Notes under the pieces: generated by a model | What the model was told of the DNA's origin: nothing | What the model saw: the letters and a program-made list of their open reading frames with translations, nothing else | Database searches by the model: none | NCBI GenBank assembly: GCA_046302815.1 | Contig: JBKCHO010000055.1 | Coordinates: 13,408 to 77,407 of the forward strand | Reading direction: 5' to 3' | DNA length: 64,000 nt | From: Bacteroidota bacterium | Lineage (GTDB): Bacteria; Bacteroidota; Bacteroidia; AKYH767-A; OLB10 | Part shown: positions 1-10,100 of the stretch, piece by piece | How the letters are laid out: each line of letters starts with the position of its first letter | Numbering within the stretch: the stretch's first letter is position 1 | Program-made: the position numbers and the translations under genes

Positions 1-827
1 TAGTATGAAACCTCCATGCCTTTCCAATAATCCTTAACAACAGCATATTTGCCAATGGCCATCATGAAAAGGTATGGAGCATGAGGCAGGTCCTGCTTCC
101 AATAATCGGTTCGAGTGCCTGCCTTGGCGTCAGTGGTGGAACTGATCAGCTTACCATTACTCAATGTCACAAAAGAAGTATCAACCGTAATGTATATTTC
201 CTGTGTGGTGTTTTGATTCGGACGATCTATGGTTGGAAACCACACAGAGCTCGATTGAGTTTCGCCTTGAGTCCAAATTTGTCTGGGTTTCTTCGGATCA
301 CTTCCGTCAGCATTTATAAAATACAACCCTTTGTCGGAGGCAATTGCATCGCTTCCCCCTTTTGGAAGTGCCTCAGGCTTGGCAACATAATCAACTGCTA
401 TGTTAATAGTATCTTTTGGTGAATAAACCTTATCCAGTGTAATACAAATAGAGTCGTTGCGGTATTCAAAGTCCAAATCGAAGCTGGTTTTGCTGTGAAC
501 CATTCGAACACTTTTTATGTCCATCCCCCTGGCATCCAAATAAAGCATGCTTTGGGGATAAAAGTGAGGTTTCAATGTAATCTTCGCCTTACCGATCAAC
601 TCCTTTTGGGGCCAATCAAATGAAACCTCCAGCTTAGTGTGAATCAAATCATGCATTATGGGATCCGACGCCCTGTATTCGATCAATTCTGGAGTTGCGG
701 CAGGTTCCGCTGGCGCAGGTGCATTCACCTGATTGTTTTCAGATGTGGTTTTCTTGCTTGGTGAACAAGCCGTCATAATAACCAAGGAGGCGATTAATAA
801 CTGTTTGAAAGGGATGTTTTGTCGCAT
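1..827 (-). CDS. M1-family aminopeptidase N, N-terminal fragment. The start codon is at 825-827 and the gene runs off the window start. The product looks like a lipoprotein (LLIASLVIMTACS).
   Basis: Minus-strand translation from ATG 827 reads MRQNIPFKQLLIASLVIMTACSPSKK... then ...LPHAPYLFMMAIGKYAVVKDYWKGMEVSY, typical of the aminopeptidase N beta-sandwich N-domain. The frame is open to position 1 and is missing from the ORF table only because it has no stop. Confidence 0.6.
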   Translation of the reverse strand, partial: MRQNIPFKQLLIASLVIMTACSPSKKTTSENNQVNAPAPAEPAATPELIEYRASDPIMHDLIHTKLEVSFDWPQKELIGKAKITLKPHFYPQSMLYLDARGMDIKSVRMVHSKTSFDLDFEYRNDSICITLDKVYSPKDTINIAVDYVAKPEALPKGGSDAIASDKGLYFINADGSDPKKPRQIWTQGETQSSSVWFPTIDRPNQNTTQEIYITVDTSFVTLSNGKLISSTTDAKAGTRTDYWKQDLPHAPYLFMMAIGKYAVVKDYWKGMEVSY

Positions 828-897
828 TGGATTGTAGATGGTTGTTGATCTTAATAAAGGCAAAAGCGAAAATACTCGATTTTCAGCAAGGATGGGA

Positions 898-1884
898 CTA
901 CCAAATCATTCTGCCAGCCCTTTGAAGCAGTCCAAGGCTATCCATTGGCCAAAAATCCCCCGATCCCCTCTTATAGCCCGATTGGATATAAGAGTCCAAC
1001 AATGGATTTTTGAGAGCGCCTTTTGATCTTGAGCGGACACCTGCGATGCTGTATAAAATTGACACATTCAAGCCTCCAACGAGGTTGCCGATAATCAAAC
1101 CAAACGGAAAAGGAATACCAAAACTCAACGGTAGCCAGGTGGCACCAAATAGCGAAAAAACAATTTTCATGCTGCGACCGAGTAAATGAAACCTATATGC
1201 GACGCGACTTCTCGGTATAGCCACCTTGTGTACCCTTTTTGATTCCCCAACAGGAAACTTGCCCCCCTTCGCAGGGATGACCAAGTGTATGCTGCACATC
1301 AGCGGAGGTCCATCAGAGAGCTGTTTTTTTAGGAATTCGCATCTTGTTTCGATTACATCAACAAACAAGGACTCTGTTTGCTTCGTACATCCATTAATAA
1401 GCATGGATGCGGAATCGATCCTTAAACAACCCGATTTCGTTGGTGCCACTAAAAAAGTGATTGTGGTTTCCTTTACAGGGATTCCTTTCTCCATTAGCAT
1501 ACGATGAGAAACAAATGGACGCGAAGACAATAAAAAACCTTTAAAAGATGGTCTTTTAAAATGCGTTGCACTGCCTGTATATACAAAAGAAACCCGCAAT
1601 TCATCATACTTCCTTAAGGGATTCTGATCCACTACTATTTTGAAAACAGGGACATAAGGATTTGTGTGAGTCGATGTTGTAAATTTTTGATCATATTCCC
1701 TTCTTGAGTTGGTATCGGATAGGATCTCGTAGGCCTTTCTTAGCGATATGAACAACTCATGGGCATCCTTGCTACCGGGATTATGATCTGGATGGTGCTT
1801 GTGAGCGAGTTCCAGCCAGGCCTTGCGTATGGTTGTACCATCGGCATCCTTATCAACACCTAAAAGCCTGTAAAGATCCTCCAT
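898..1884 (-). CDS. J-domain (DnaJ-domain) protein with a hydrophobic C-terminal region
   Basis: N-terminus MEDLYRLLGVDKDADGTTIRKAWLELAHKHHPDHNPGS...LRKAYEILSDTNSRREYD is a canonical J domain with the HPD motif. The C-terminal ~60 aa are hydrophobic and Gly-rich (GIPFPFGLIIGNLVGGL). Confidence 0.6.
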   Translation of the reverse strand: MEDLYRLLGVDKDADGTTIRKAWLELAHKHHPDHNPGSKDAHELFISLRKAYEILSDTNSRREYDQKFTTSTHTNPYVPVFKIVVDQNPLRKYDELRVSFVYTGSATHFKRPSFKGFLLSSRPFVSHRMLMEKGIPVKETTITFLVAPTKSGCLRIDSASMLINGCTKQTESLFVDVIETRCEFLKKQLSDGPPLMCSIHLVIPAKGGKFPVGESKRVHKVAIPRSRVAYRFHLLGRSMKIVFSLFGATWLPLSFGIPFPFGLIIGNLVGGLNVSILYSIAGVRSRSKGALKNPLLDSYIQSGYKRGSGDFWPMDSLGLLQRAGRMIW

Positions 1885-1943
1885 GTTTCAAATTTACAAA
1901 CAGAGCCGACTTGCTTACCTTTGAACCAGCATTATAAAAATAG

Positions 1944-2990
1944 ATGTTCGAAAATCAAAACAACCGCACGGAACTCCAGGAACTAGGCGAATTTGGTCTG
2001 ATTCGCCATTTGGCCTCAGGAATTGTTCTTAAAAACCCATCGACTGAAAAAGGTATCGGCGACGATTGCGCCGTTATCAACCGGGGAGAACTTCTTGAGC
2101 TGGTCACCACTGACCTACTCTTGGAGGGTATCCACTTCGATTTGTCGTATTGCCCCTTGAAGCATCTGGGATACAAAGCCGTTATGGTAAACCTAAGCGA
2201 CATATACGCTATGAATGGCAGACCAACGCAAATCGTAGTATCGCTAGGACTCTCTAACCGCATTTCGTTGGAAGCTGTTGAAGAACTCTATGCAGGAATG
2301 TGTCTTGCATGCGATAAGCATGGTGTTGACTTAGTTGGAGGCGATACTACTTCATCATCCTCGGGCCTTGTACTCGGAATCACTGCCATAGGAACCGTTA
2401 CCCGGGATAGGATAGCGTATCGAAGCGGAGCTTCGCCTAACGACCTGATTTGTGTGAGTGGAGATTTGGGGGCGGCATACATGGGACTACAAATACTGAA
2501 CAGGGAAAAACAAATCTTCATTGAAAACCCAAGCATTCAACCCGATCTTACAGGCGCTGATTACATCGTAGAAAGGCAACTTAAACCGGAGGCTCGTAAA
2601 GCGGTTATCGATTCGCTGGAGGCTGCGGGAGTGATTCCTACCTCCATGATTGACATAAGTGATGGCCTTGCCTCTGAACTTTTCCACTTGTCGAATGCAT
2701 CCAAGACCGGTTGCCGGATTTACGAGGAGAAAATCCCGATCGATGTGGAAACCGCAAGGCACGCGGAAGAAATGAATCTGAACCCGACGCTGGCAGCTAT
2801 GAATGGCGGTGAAGATTATGAATTGCTATTCACTATTAAACAGCAGGACTTCGATAAGTTAACATCCATTAACGGTCTACATGTGATCGGCCATGTCACA
2901 GACGAATCTTCCGGCCTGGCCTTGATAGATAAAAGCGGCCATGAAACTCCTCTGAAAGCACAAGGTTGGGACGGATTGCGGGGCGCTTGA
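1944..2990 (+). CDS. thiL: Thiamine-monophosphate kinase
   Basis: N-terminal ELGEFGLIRHL...GIGDDCAV is the ThiL/AIR-synthase-related signature. Length 348 aa. Confidence 0.75.
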   Translation: MFENQNNRTELQELGEFGLIRHLASGIVLKNPSTEKGIGDDCAVINRGELLELVTTDLLLEGIHFDLSYCPLKHLGYKAVMVNLSDIYAMNGRPTQIVVSLGLSNRISLEAVEELYAGMCLACDKHGVDLVGGDTTSSSSGLVLGITAIGTVTRDRIAYRSGASPNDLICVSGDLGAAYMGLQILNREKQIFIENPSIQPDLTGADYIVERQLKPEARKAVIDSLEAAGVIPTSMIDISDGLASELFHLSNASKTGCRIYEEKIPIDVETARHAEEMNLNPTLAAMNGGEDYELLFTIKQQDFDKLTSINGLHVIGHVTDESSGLALIDKSGHETPLKAQGWDGLRGA

Positions 2991-3021
2991 TTTTGAATTC
3001 AATTCAATCTCATGAAATACC

Positions 3022-3612
3022 CTAGGTAAGCAGAAACTTCCTTCGAATGGTTTTGCTATCATAAAGCAATACGATAACCACACATCCTGCTTTACAGTTT
3101 TGCAAATCAATCGTCGTTTTTTCAGCAGCGTGGAGCGAATTTGACAAGAGACGCTCCCCTGATAAATCGTAAACATACAAATAGCCCATCCGATCAATGT
3201 TGCCGATTATTAATTGGCGATTATCAAGCCGTATAAAATCCAACTGCTCGATTTGACTGACCTGAGTAGCCGTTTGCAAATGATACTGTTGCCCATAACA
3301 CGCTCCTGGTATTGCCCAAACTCGGATGGAAATCAGTGTGTCACCAACTCCAACAACAGTGGTCCACATCGTGTCACCATAAGAACTGACGATGGTGTCA
3401 ATCACGACACCGTTTCTTTCCCTGAAGTACTGGGCGGGAAAAGGGCTTGGGGCCCTATTTATGATAACAATCCTGTCGTTTGGCACAAATTGCACCACGG
3501 TATCATAGCCAGTGGTTAGGCAGTTATATGGTGTGAAGTCCACAACAATGTCTGATGCCCTAGACTCTTGACAGATCAAAAGCAGCAGAAATAATGCAAA
3601 ACGAAAATTCAT
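3022..3612 (-). CDS. Small secreted protein with a T9SS-like C-terminal sorting domain
   Basis: N-terminal signal peptide MNFRFALFLLLLICQESRA. C-terminal LYVYDLSGERLL...KTTIDLQN..GCVVIVLLYDSK resembles the por-secretion CTD (type A). Confidence 0.45.
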   Translation of the reverse strand: MNFRFALFLLLLICQESRASDIVVDFTPYNCLTTGYDTVVQFVPNDRIVIINRAPSPFPAQYFRERNGVVIDTIVSSYGDTMWTTVVGVGDTLISIRVWAIPGACYGQQYHLQTATQVSQIEQLDFIRLDNRQLIIGNIDRMGYLYVYDLSGERLLSNSLHAAEKTTIDLQNCKAGCVVIVLLYDSKTIRRKFLLT

Positions 3613-3636
3613 TCACTTGGGTATTAGTGCCCGACT

Positions 3637-5472
3637 CTACTCAACCGTAACCGACTTGGCCAAGTTCCTAGGCTGATCAACATTGCACCCACGCATCACA
3701 GCAATGTGATAGGAGAGCAATTGTAGTGGAATAACCGATACCAATGGCACAAGTAATTCATCCGTTTCCGGAATTTCTATGACATAGTCGGCGATCTTGC
3801 GAACCTCTTCATCTCCCTCGGTAACAACCGCGATGATGATTCCTTTACGAGCCTTTACCTCTTGAATATTGCTAACCACCTTCTCGTAAGAGCTGTTCTT
3901 GGTGGCGATAACCACAACTGGCATCTCCTCATCGATTAGCGCGATTGGTCCGTGCTTCATCTCTGCAGCAGGATAGCCCTCAGCATGGATATATGATATT
4001 TCCTTAAGCTTCAATGCTCCCTCGAGAGCTACGGGGAATCCATATCCACGACCTAGGTAGAGGAAGTTCCTCGCGTCCTTGAATTTCTCAGCCAGGGTTT
4101 TGATTTTCCCATCAGAAGCAAGTGCCGATTCCACCTTCTTAGGTATGTTTTCCAACTCGCTGAGTAAAGTCTGAAAGCGGGAGTCGGTTATGGTTCCCTT
4201 TTTCCAAGCGATTTGCAGCGCCAGCAAGGTTAAAACAGTAACCTGTGCGGTAAATGCTTTTGTAGAGGCCACCCCGATTTCGGGTCCGGCGTGGGTATAT
4301 GCGCCGGCATGTGTGGCACGAGGAATGCTTGAACCAACTACATTACAGACACCGAAAATGGTTGCTCCCTTTGACTTGGCCAGCTCGATAGCAGCCAATG
4401 TATCGGCAGTTTCACCAGATTGAGATATGGCTATAACCACATCATCCTCGTTGATTACCGGATTTCTGTAGCGGAATTCAGAGGCGTACTCTACTTCGAC
4501 AGGAATACGAGCCAAATCCTCAATTAAATACTCACCCACCAATCCAGCGTGCCACGATGTACCGCAACCCACAATGATGATCCGCTTTGCGTTGACGAAT
4601 TTGTTTTCAAAATCCCCAACGCCACCCAGTCGTAACCTTCTATTATGCGCATCTATCCTACCTCGCATACTATCCCATATGGATCTGGGCTGCTCGTAGA
4701 TTTCCTTCAACATGAAGTGTTCATATCCGCCTTTCTCGAGCATCTCCAACTGCATCTCCAATTCCTGTACATAAGGAACCTTTATTTGGTTGTCGATGGT
4801 TTTTACGGTGAATTCACCGTCTGCAAGAATAGCCATCTCGCCATCATTTAGATAAACGACATTCTTGGTGTATTCTACTATAGGAGTTGCATCAGAGGCT
4901 ACAAAATATTCATCCTTGCCAATACCGATAACAATTGGACTACCTTTTCGAGCTGCAATAAGTTTGCGCGGCTCCATGCGAGACATTACAACAATGGCAT
5001 ATGCTCCGACCACCTCGCCCAAGGCAAGACGAACCGCCTCTTGAAGCTCGACACCCAAGTTGTTTGAAATGTCTTCGATCAGATGAATCAAAACCTCCGT
5101 ATCGGTATCGCTGGAAAAGTGATGGCCCCGATTGATCAGCTCGGCTTTGATAGAGGCATAATTTTCGATGATGCCATTATGAATGATGGCGAAGTTTTTT
5201 GATTCCGAGTAATGCGGGTGGGCATTCCTGTCGTTAGGCTCACCATGCGTGGCCCATCGTGTATGACCCATGCCAACCGTACCCGAAACATCCATGGCCT
5301 TGGTAAACTCCATGAGGTCGGAAACTTTGCCAGCCTTTTTATAGACATGGATTCCGTTATGGACCAAAGCTATTCCGGCGCTATCATAACCTCGGTACTC
5401 CAAACGCTGAAGCCCTTTGATCACTATTGGATAAGCTTCGCGATGACCAATGTATGCAACGATTCCACACAT
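3637..5472 (-). CDS. glmS: Glutamine--fructose-6-phosphate aminotransferase (isomerising)
   Basis: N-terminal MCGIVAYIG has the nucleophile Cys2 of the class-II amidotransferase fold. Two SIS domains follow, and the C-terminus ends ...KSVTVE. Length 611 aa. Confidence 0.95.
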   Translation of the reverse strand: MCGIVAYIGHREAYPIVIKGLQRLEYRGYDSAGIALVHNGIHVYKKAGKVSDLMEFTKAMDVSGTVGMGHTRWATHGEPNDRNAHPHYSESKNFAIIHNGIIENYASIKAELINRGHHFSSDTDTEVLIHLIEDISNNLGVELQEAVRLALGEVVGAYAIVVMSRMEPRKLIAARKGSPIVIGIGKDEYFVASDATPIVEYTKNVVYLNDGEMAILADGEFTVKTIDNQIKVPYVQELEMQLEMLEKGGYEHFMLKEIYEQPRSIWDSMRGRIDAHNRRLRLGGVGDFENKFVNAKRIIIVGCGTSWHAGLVGEYLIEDLARIPVEVEYASEFRYRNPVINEDDVVIAISQSGETADTLAAIELAKSKGATIFGVCNVVGSSIPRATHAGAYTHAGPEIGVASTKAFTAQVTVLTLLALQIAWKKGTITDSRFQTLLSELENIPKKVESALASDGKIKTLAEKFKDARNFLYLGRGYGFPVALEGALKLKEISYIHAEGYPAAEMKHGPIALIDEEMPVVVIATKNSSYEKVVSNIQEVKARKGIIIAVVTEGDEEVRKIADYVIEIPETDELLVPLVSVIPLQLLSYHIAVMRGCNVDQPRNLAKSVTVE

Positions 5473-5477
5473 GATGT

Positions 5478-6767
5478 TTAATCGAATTTGGAATATGTAA
5501 TTATCAAACGGATTTTGCTTCCAGTGGGTGTTGCAGGACCGGGAATAATGGTTCGAAACGCATTGATAGCACCCCCACTGGCTACGAGACTCAAACCATA
5601 ATCATTGCTAACTTGATTGGATACCACCTTCTGAACATACCTGTTGATGTTGAAACGGTATGCATTTGCAATACCATCAAAGGTTCCGCCATAATAGTTG
5701 GGAGATTCAAAGATGTCCGGGATGAAGGCCTCCGATCCAGAGGAATCCACTCCGAAAAGCAAAAGGGCATTATGATTTTTTAAAGACCCATTTTCAATAA
5801 CAGGTATCACAAGCTCAGCCTTATTGATGGCAACGGGTCCATCCATTGATAAAGAACTGAGGTTTGGAATCTTAATGCGGGCCTTGGTTCCAGACATAGA
5901 CTGGATGTAAATTCGGGACTGGCCAGCAATGGGGAAGGCACCCCCCATTAGTCCTAAAGAATAATCGTGGTAAAATCGATTATATCGTGAACAACCTGAA
6001 TTGATTTCAAAATCGGCTGTCCTGCTAGTGGTGTCCGAACCGTTTTTGTAGTAAAAAGTCAGTTTTGATAGCGAAGCCAGTAGATTAAAAGATGAGATCG
6101 ATCCATTAGTGGCAGCATCAGCTGTGACATAAATACCATTGAAAAAATCGATGAAGGCCGAATTGTTGCTGAGGCTAGATGATGGAGCTGTCAGCAGGTC
6201 GTTACCAAAGGTTTGATCTAGCTTCAAACGCAAATGCGGCGCTCTTTTAACTCCATTTACAACTACGCTATCCTTGGGTCGAATATTGACTTGTCCAGAA
6301 AAAATAGATCTTTTCAGATTAAGCGTATCGTTGGAAAAATAAACGGTGTCCAAAAACATTTTGTCGTCCGTTTCAAAAACCCGAAAGTTCATGGGGGAAG
6401 TGGTATCCCCATAATAATCTGCGTAAGCGAGAGTGAGAACAACCGAATCCAAAGCAGGGTCCGATCCGAAGCTGAAGTTAGAACTGTTGTTGGGCAAGCG
6501 GATTTCAGAATAGAAACCAGCTACTGTAAGACCAAATTCGGTGTCAGTATAGGAACCCGCCAAATTAAATGCTGCAGAGAACTCATCTGTTCTAAGCGAG
6601 TCTTCTCGAATTGATTTGCAATCCAATGTGAAGGTGTCCGTATAAAACACACCAGGTTCGTCATCCTTCAACAACTCGACTCCAATAGAGTCCGGTTCAG
6701 TACAAGATGTTAAAGAAATTGAGAGGATAAACAACAGGCTGAGGATACCTTGCAAGAAATGCTTCAT
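5478..6767 (-). CDS. DUF4270-family lipoprotein, conserved next to glmS and glycogen synthase in Bacteroidetes
   Basis: Lipoprotein signal MKHFLQGILSLLFILSISLTSC. The protein is Ser/Thr/Asn-rich and predicted beta-rich, and its position in the synteny fits DUF4270. No catalytic motif is recognisable. Confidence 0.55.
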   Translation of the reverse strand: MKHFLQGILSLLFILSISLTSCTEPDSIGVELLKDDEPGVFYTDTFTLDCKSIREDSLRTDEFSAAFNLAGSYTDTEFGLTVAGFYSEIRLPNNSSNFSFGSDPALDSVVLTLAYADYYGDTTSPMNFRVFETDDKMFLDTVYFSNDTLNLKRSIFSGQVNIRPKDSVVVNGVKRAPHLRLKLDQTFGNDLLTAPSSSLSNNSAFIDFFNGIYVTADAATNGSISSFNLLASLSKLTFYYKNGSDTTSRTADFEINSGCSRYNRFYHDYSLGLMGGAFPIAGQSRIYIQSMSGTKARIKIPNLSSLSMDGPVAINKAELVIPVIENGSLKNHNALLLFGVDSSGSEAFIPDIFESPNYYGGTFDGIANAYRFNINRYVQKVVSNQVSNDYGLSLVASGGAINAFRTIIPGPATPTGSKIRLIITYSKFD

Positions 6768-6805
6768 GAGGCAAAAATAGGTGTTTTATGGCCTATTATC
6801 GAAAC

Positions 6806-7633
6806 TCAACCAGCCGTCACTGAATCTTCGATCAACAATTCATCATAGAATCCGTTGAACGCATCGATATATTCCTCCGAATTTTTGAATCCGAGGAAAG
6901 GCTTACCAGGCTTCTTTAGAGCGGATACCAATGATGGACTCAAGACTTCGCTTCCTTGAATGATGCCGTCGGCATGGGAAATTGCATTCAAAGTGATTCC
7001 TGTCCAAGTGGGGGTCTTCAAATCCTTCAAATCAGAACTTGCCATGCCATCCATCATAACCTTGGAGGCATAGTTGGCATTAAAAGACTCTTCAAATTGG
7101 TCGTCATAAATGGAATAAACCACTTTCGAATCCCGGAACATGGGATCTTCCTTGTAGGCTGTCTTGATAAGAAGTGGTATCAAGCTGGTCATCCAACCAT
7201 GGCAGTGAATCACATCTGGGCTCCAGCCAAGTTTTTTAACGGTCTCTAAAACTCCCCGACAAAAGAAAACCGTGCGGTCATCATTATCCTTGAAGAACTT
7301 TTTCTTCGCATCCCTGAAAGTGGCTTTCCTTTGAAAATACTCCTCGTTGTCGATAAAATAAACCTGCATACGGGCAGCCTGTATAGATGCCACCTTGATA
7401 ATCAATGGGTGGTCGCTGTCCTCAATAATCAGGTTCATCCCTGAAAGCCGAATCACCTCATGAAGTTGGTTGCGACGCTCGTTGATTAGTCCAAACCGGG
7501 GCATGAAAGTTCGGATTTCCTTGCCTCGCTCCTGTATTCCTTGTGGAAGATATCTGGAAATCCTTCCCATTTCTGTGGACTCCATATATGGGTAAATGTC
7601 GTGGGAAATGTACAGGACCTTGGTCTTCTTCAT
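6806..7633 (-). CDS. Short glycogen/starch-synthase-family protein (GT5 N-terminal catalytic-domain type, ~275 aa)
   Basis: N-terminal KVLYISHDIYPY and ...HCHGWMTSLIPL match the starch-synthase catalytic domain. The protein lacks the C-terminal GT-B half, as in the Bacteroidetes glycogen-synthase-like proteins. Confidence 0.65.
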   Translation of the reverse strand: MKKTKVLYISHDIYPYMESTEMGRISRYLPQGIQERGKEIRTFMPRFGLINERRNQLHEVIRLSGMNLIIEDSDHPLIIKVASIQAARMQVYFIDNEEYFQRKATFRDAKKKFFKDNDDRTVFFCRGVLETVKKLGWSPDVIHCHGWMTSLIPLLIKTAYKEDPMFRDSKVVYSIYDDQFEESFNANYASKVMMDGMASSDLKDLKTPTWTGITLNAISHADGIIQGSEVLSPSLVSALKKPGKPFLGFKNSEEYIDAFNGFYDELLIEDSVTAG

Positions 7634-7853
7634 AACTACGGGGAATTTCAGGTGTTCTATGCAAAGATAGTGAATATATAAGCATTTTACAATAACTCCA
7701 AGCCTTGTCCATCTTGTTTTTTTCCAAGCCCTTCAAATCACAAACCATTGTTAATAAGGGTTTTAATGAAATCCTACAAGGATTTTATCAAACAATTGTC
7801 AAATGGTGCAACCCTTATTTAATTGTTTATCATTGCTCTTGAAAACTCGAATT

Positions 7854-8702
7854 ATGCAAATCATTAGGACCTCCCGCGAAGCCCGTTTTTTTGTGGATCA
7901 AGCCCGAGAAAAAGGAAAAAGAGTAGGATTTGTTCCTACTATGGGTGCCTTGCATGCTGGTCATATCTCATTGATTGAAAGGGCAAAAAAGGAACAAGAC
8001 CTGGTTATTGCGAGCATATTCGTGAACCCAACACAGTTCAACGACCCTAAAGATCTTCAGACTTACCCCAAGACCCCCGACAACGACCGTAAACAATTGG
8101 AACAAGCGGGATGCGATATGCTTTTTGAGCCAGATAGCCCTGAAGAGGTTTATATTCCCTCATACAAACCACCCAACTTCGACTTTGGGCCATTGGAAAA
8201 AGCCATGGAGGGCAAAATACGGCCTGGGCACTTCAAAGGGGTCGCAATGGTGGTTTATAGGCTATTTGAAATCATACCTGCTCACCATGCCTATTTCGGC
8301 GAAAAAGATTTCCAACAATTGGCCATCATCCGCAAAATGAGGGACGATTTTCAACTGCCAATCAACATTACAGGATGTGAAACCATCCGCGAAAGTGACG
8401 GATTGGCAATGAGCTCTAGGAATATAAAACTTACAACCGACGAGCGAGGCCATGCAGGAATAATCTATAAAACACTGAAAAACAGCGTTGAAATTCTAAT
8501 GGCTATGGGTTTTGATGCAGGCAAACGACTTATGGTGAATCAAATAGAGGCATCTAGACATTTTAAGGTGGAGTATTTGGAGTTTGCCGACCCTACGACA
8601 CTTCAGAGCCATTCAAGCTTTGATGAAAATATCCCAACCAGGGTGTTTATTGCCGTAAAAACATCTTCGACACGATTGATAGACAACATGCAGTTGTGTT
8701 GA
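7854..8702 (+). CDS. panC: Pantoate--beta-alanine ligase
   Basis: VGFVPTMGALHAGHISLI is the HIGH-type motif of PanC. The likely start is the internal Met at 7854, since the ORF-table start at 7803 adds an atypical 17-aa leader. Confidence 0.9.
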   Translation: MQIIRTSREARFFVDQAREKGKRVGFVPTMGALHAGHISLIERAKKEQDLVIASIFVNPTQFNDPKDLQTYPKTPDNDRKQLEQAGCDMLFEPDSPEEVYIPSYKPPNFDFGPLEKAMEGKIRPGHFKGVAMVVYRLFEIIPAHHAYFGEKDFQQLAIIRKMRDDFQLPINITGCETIRESDGLAMSSRNIKLTTDERGHAGIIYKTLKNSVEILMAMGFDAGKRLMVNQIEASRHFKVEYLEFADPTTLQSHSSFDENIPTRVFIAVKTSSTRLIDNMQLC

Positions 8703-8755
8703 TCAGTCGGGAACAGATACCACCCTTCAGCAGATAAAAAACTAACTTTGCGGCG

Positions 8756-9103
8756 ATGGAAATTCAAATTTTAAAATCGAAGATTCACCGTGCCAAGGTT
8801 ACCCAGGCCGAGTTGAACTATGTGGGAAGCATTACGCTGGATGAAGCATTAATGGACGCCTCCAACCTGATCGAAAACGAGCTGGTGCAGGTGTTGAATA
8901 TCAATAATGGCGAACGGTTTGAAACCTACGTCATAAAAGGTGCCCGCAACAGTGGTACCGTTTGCTTGAACGGACCGGCAGCGAGAAAAGTGCAGGTGGG
9001 GGATGTGATTATCGTAGTATCCTACGCCGTAATGGATTTTGAAAAAGCGAAAACTTTCAAACCCGCGTTGGCTTTCCCAGACGACAACAACAGGGTGATA
9101 TGA
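8756..9103 (+). CDS. panD: Aspartate 1-decarboxylase
   Basis: [35 protein letters not shown] contains the pyruvoyl-forming G-S site. Length 115 aa, immediately downstream of panC. Confidence 0.9.
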   Translation: MEIQILKSKIHRAKVTQAELNYVGSITLDEALMDASNLIENELVQVLNINNGERFETYVIKGARNSGTVCLNGPAARKVQVGDVIIVVSYAVMDFEKAKTFKPALAFPDDNNRVI

Positions 9104-9110
9104 TTTTGTA

Positions 9111-10100
9111 TTGAAAAAAAACCTGACTGCCGCCATCAAATACTTGCTGTTCTTCGCGGCAGGTTGTATGTTGCTATGGCTTGCCTTTCGTAACGAAAAC
9201 CTTTCCGATGTATGGGGCAAGATGCAGGTGGCAAACCCTTTTTGGCTTGGCTTGTCCATCGCGATCGCAATCCTCTCACTGATCAGCAGAGCCGTGCGAT
9301 GGAAAATGCTTATCGAGCCTTTAGGCTACAAACCCCGTACATCCCGAACACTATATGCATTGCTGATTGGATACCTGGCTAATCTGGCCATACCACGGAT
9401 CGGTGAGATTTCCCGATGTGTTTCCTTGAATAAGTCGGAGAAGGTGCCTTTCAATGGCCTTATCGGAACCGTCATTGTGGAAAGGGCGATAGACCTGGCC
9501 ATGCTATTTTTATGCATGGCTTTGGTGGCGGTTTTTCAGTTTGAAGTGCTTTACTCTTTCTTGATGGAGAAGATTATTTCGCCTGTCATGAGCAATGGAG
9601 CCGATGGACAATCGATCCTCATGTTACTTGCTGTTGGCTTGATTGTTGGAATCGTTGCCGGTTTTTGGTTTCTCAAGAATAAAGAGAGCCGTTTGAGAAA
9701 AAAAATCTCAACTATCATTCGTGAGGTAGGTTCCGGACTTGGATCCGTTTTGCGCATGAAGAATAACATTTGGTTCTTATTCCACACCGTTTTCATCTGG
9801 GTGGCCTATTTCTTCATGACATATACCTGCTTTTTTTGTCTGCCCTCCACATCCGCACTAGGCGTGGGGGAAGGCTTATTTATTTTAGTGGTTGGCGGCT
9901 TGGGTATGTCGGCTCCCGTACAAGGTGGAATTGGGGCATACCATTATATTGTTTCGCACGGACTCCAATTGTTTGGTGTATCATCCACCGATGGCTTGGT
10001 TTACGCCACATTGGTACACACCACCCAAACACTTCTGATGATTGTATTAGGAGCTTGGGCGCTTCTGATGCTGATGATTCCTGAAAAAAAACAAGTCTAA
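9111..10100 (+). CDS. Flippase-like (lysylphosphatidylglycerol-synthase TM-region / UPF0104) polytopic membrane protein
   Basis: Eight or more predicted TM helices with a conserved PRIGE motif (IPRIGEISRCVS). This arrangement downstream of panD is common in Bacteroidetes. Confidence 0.55.
   Translation: MKKNLTAAIKYLLFFAAGCMLLWLAFRNENLSDVWGKMQVANPFWLGLSIAIAILSLISRAVRWKMLIEPLGYKPRTSRTLYALLIGYLANLAIPRIGEISRCVSLNKSEKVPFNGLIGTVIVERAIDLAMLFLCMALVAVFQFEVLYSFLMEKIISPVMSNGADGQSILMLLAVGLIVGIVAGFWFLKNKESRLRKKISTIIREVGSGLGSVLRMKNNIWFLFHTVFIWVAYFFMTYTCFFCLPSTSALGVGEGLFILVVGGLGMSAPVQGGIGAYHYIVSHGLQLFGVSSTDGLVYATLVHTTQTLLMIVLGAWALLMLMIPEKKQV

Noticed and set aside
81-422. 113-aa plus-strand ORF at the window start
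   Set aside because: It lies entirely antisense to the much longer, well-supported aminopeptidase N frame (1-827, minus) and has an implausible composition.
3613-3700. A glmS ribozyme or riboswitch near glmS
   Set aside because: The glmS ribozyme belongs to Gram-positive lineages. Here glmS starts 24 nt upstream of the next gene's start with no structured leader in the window.
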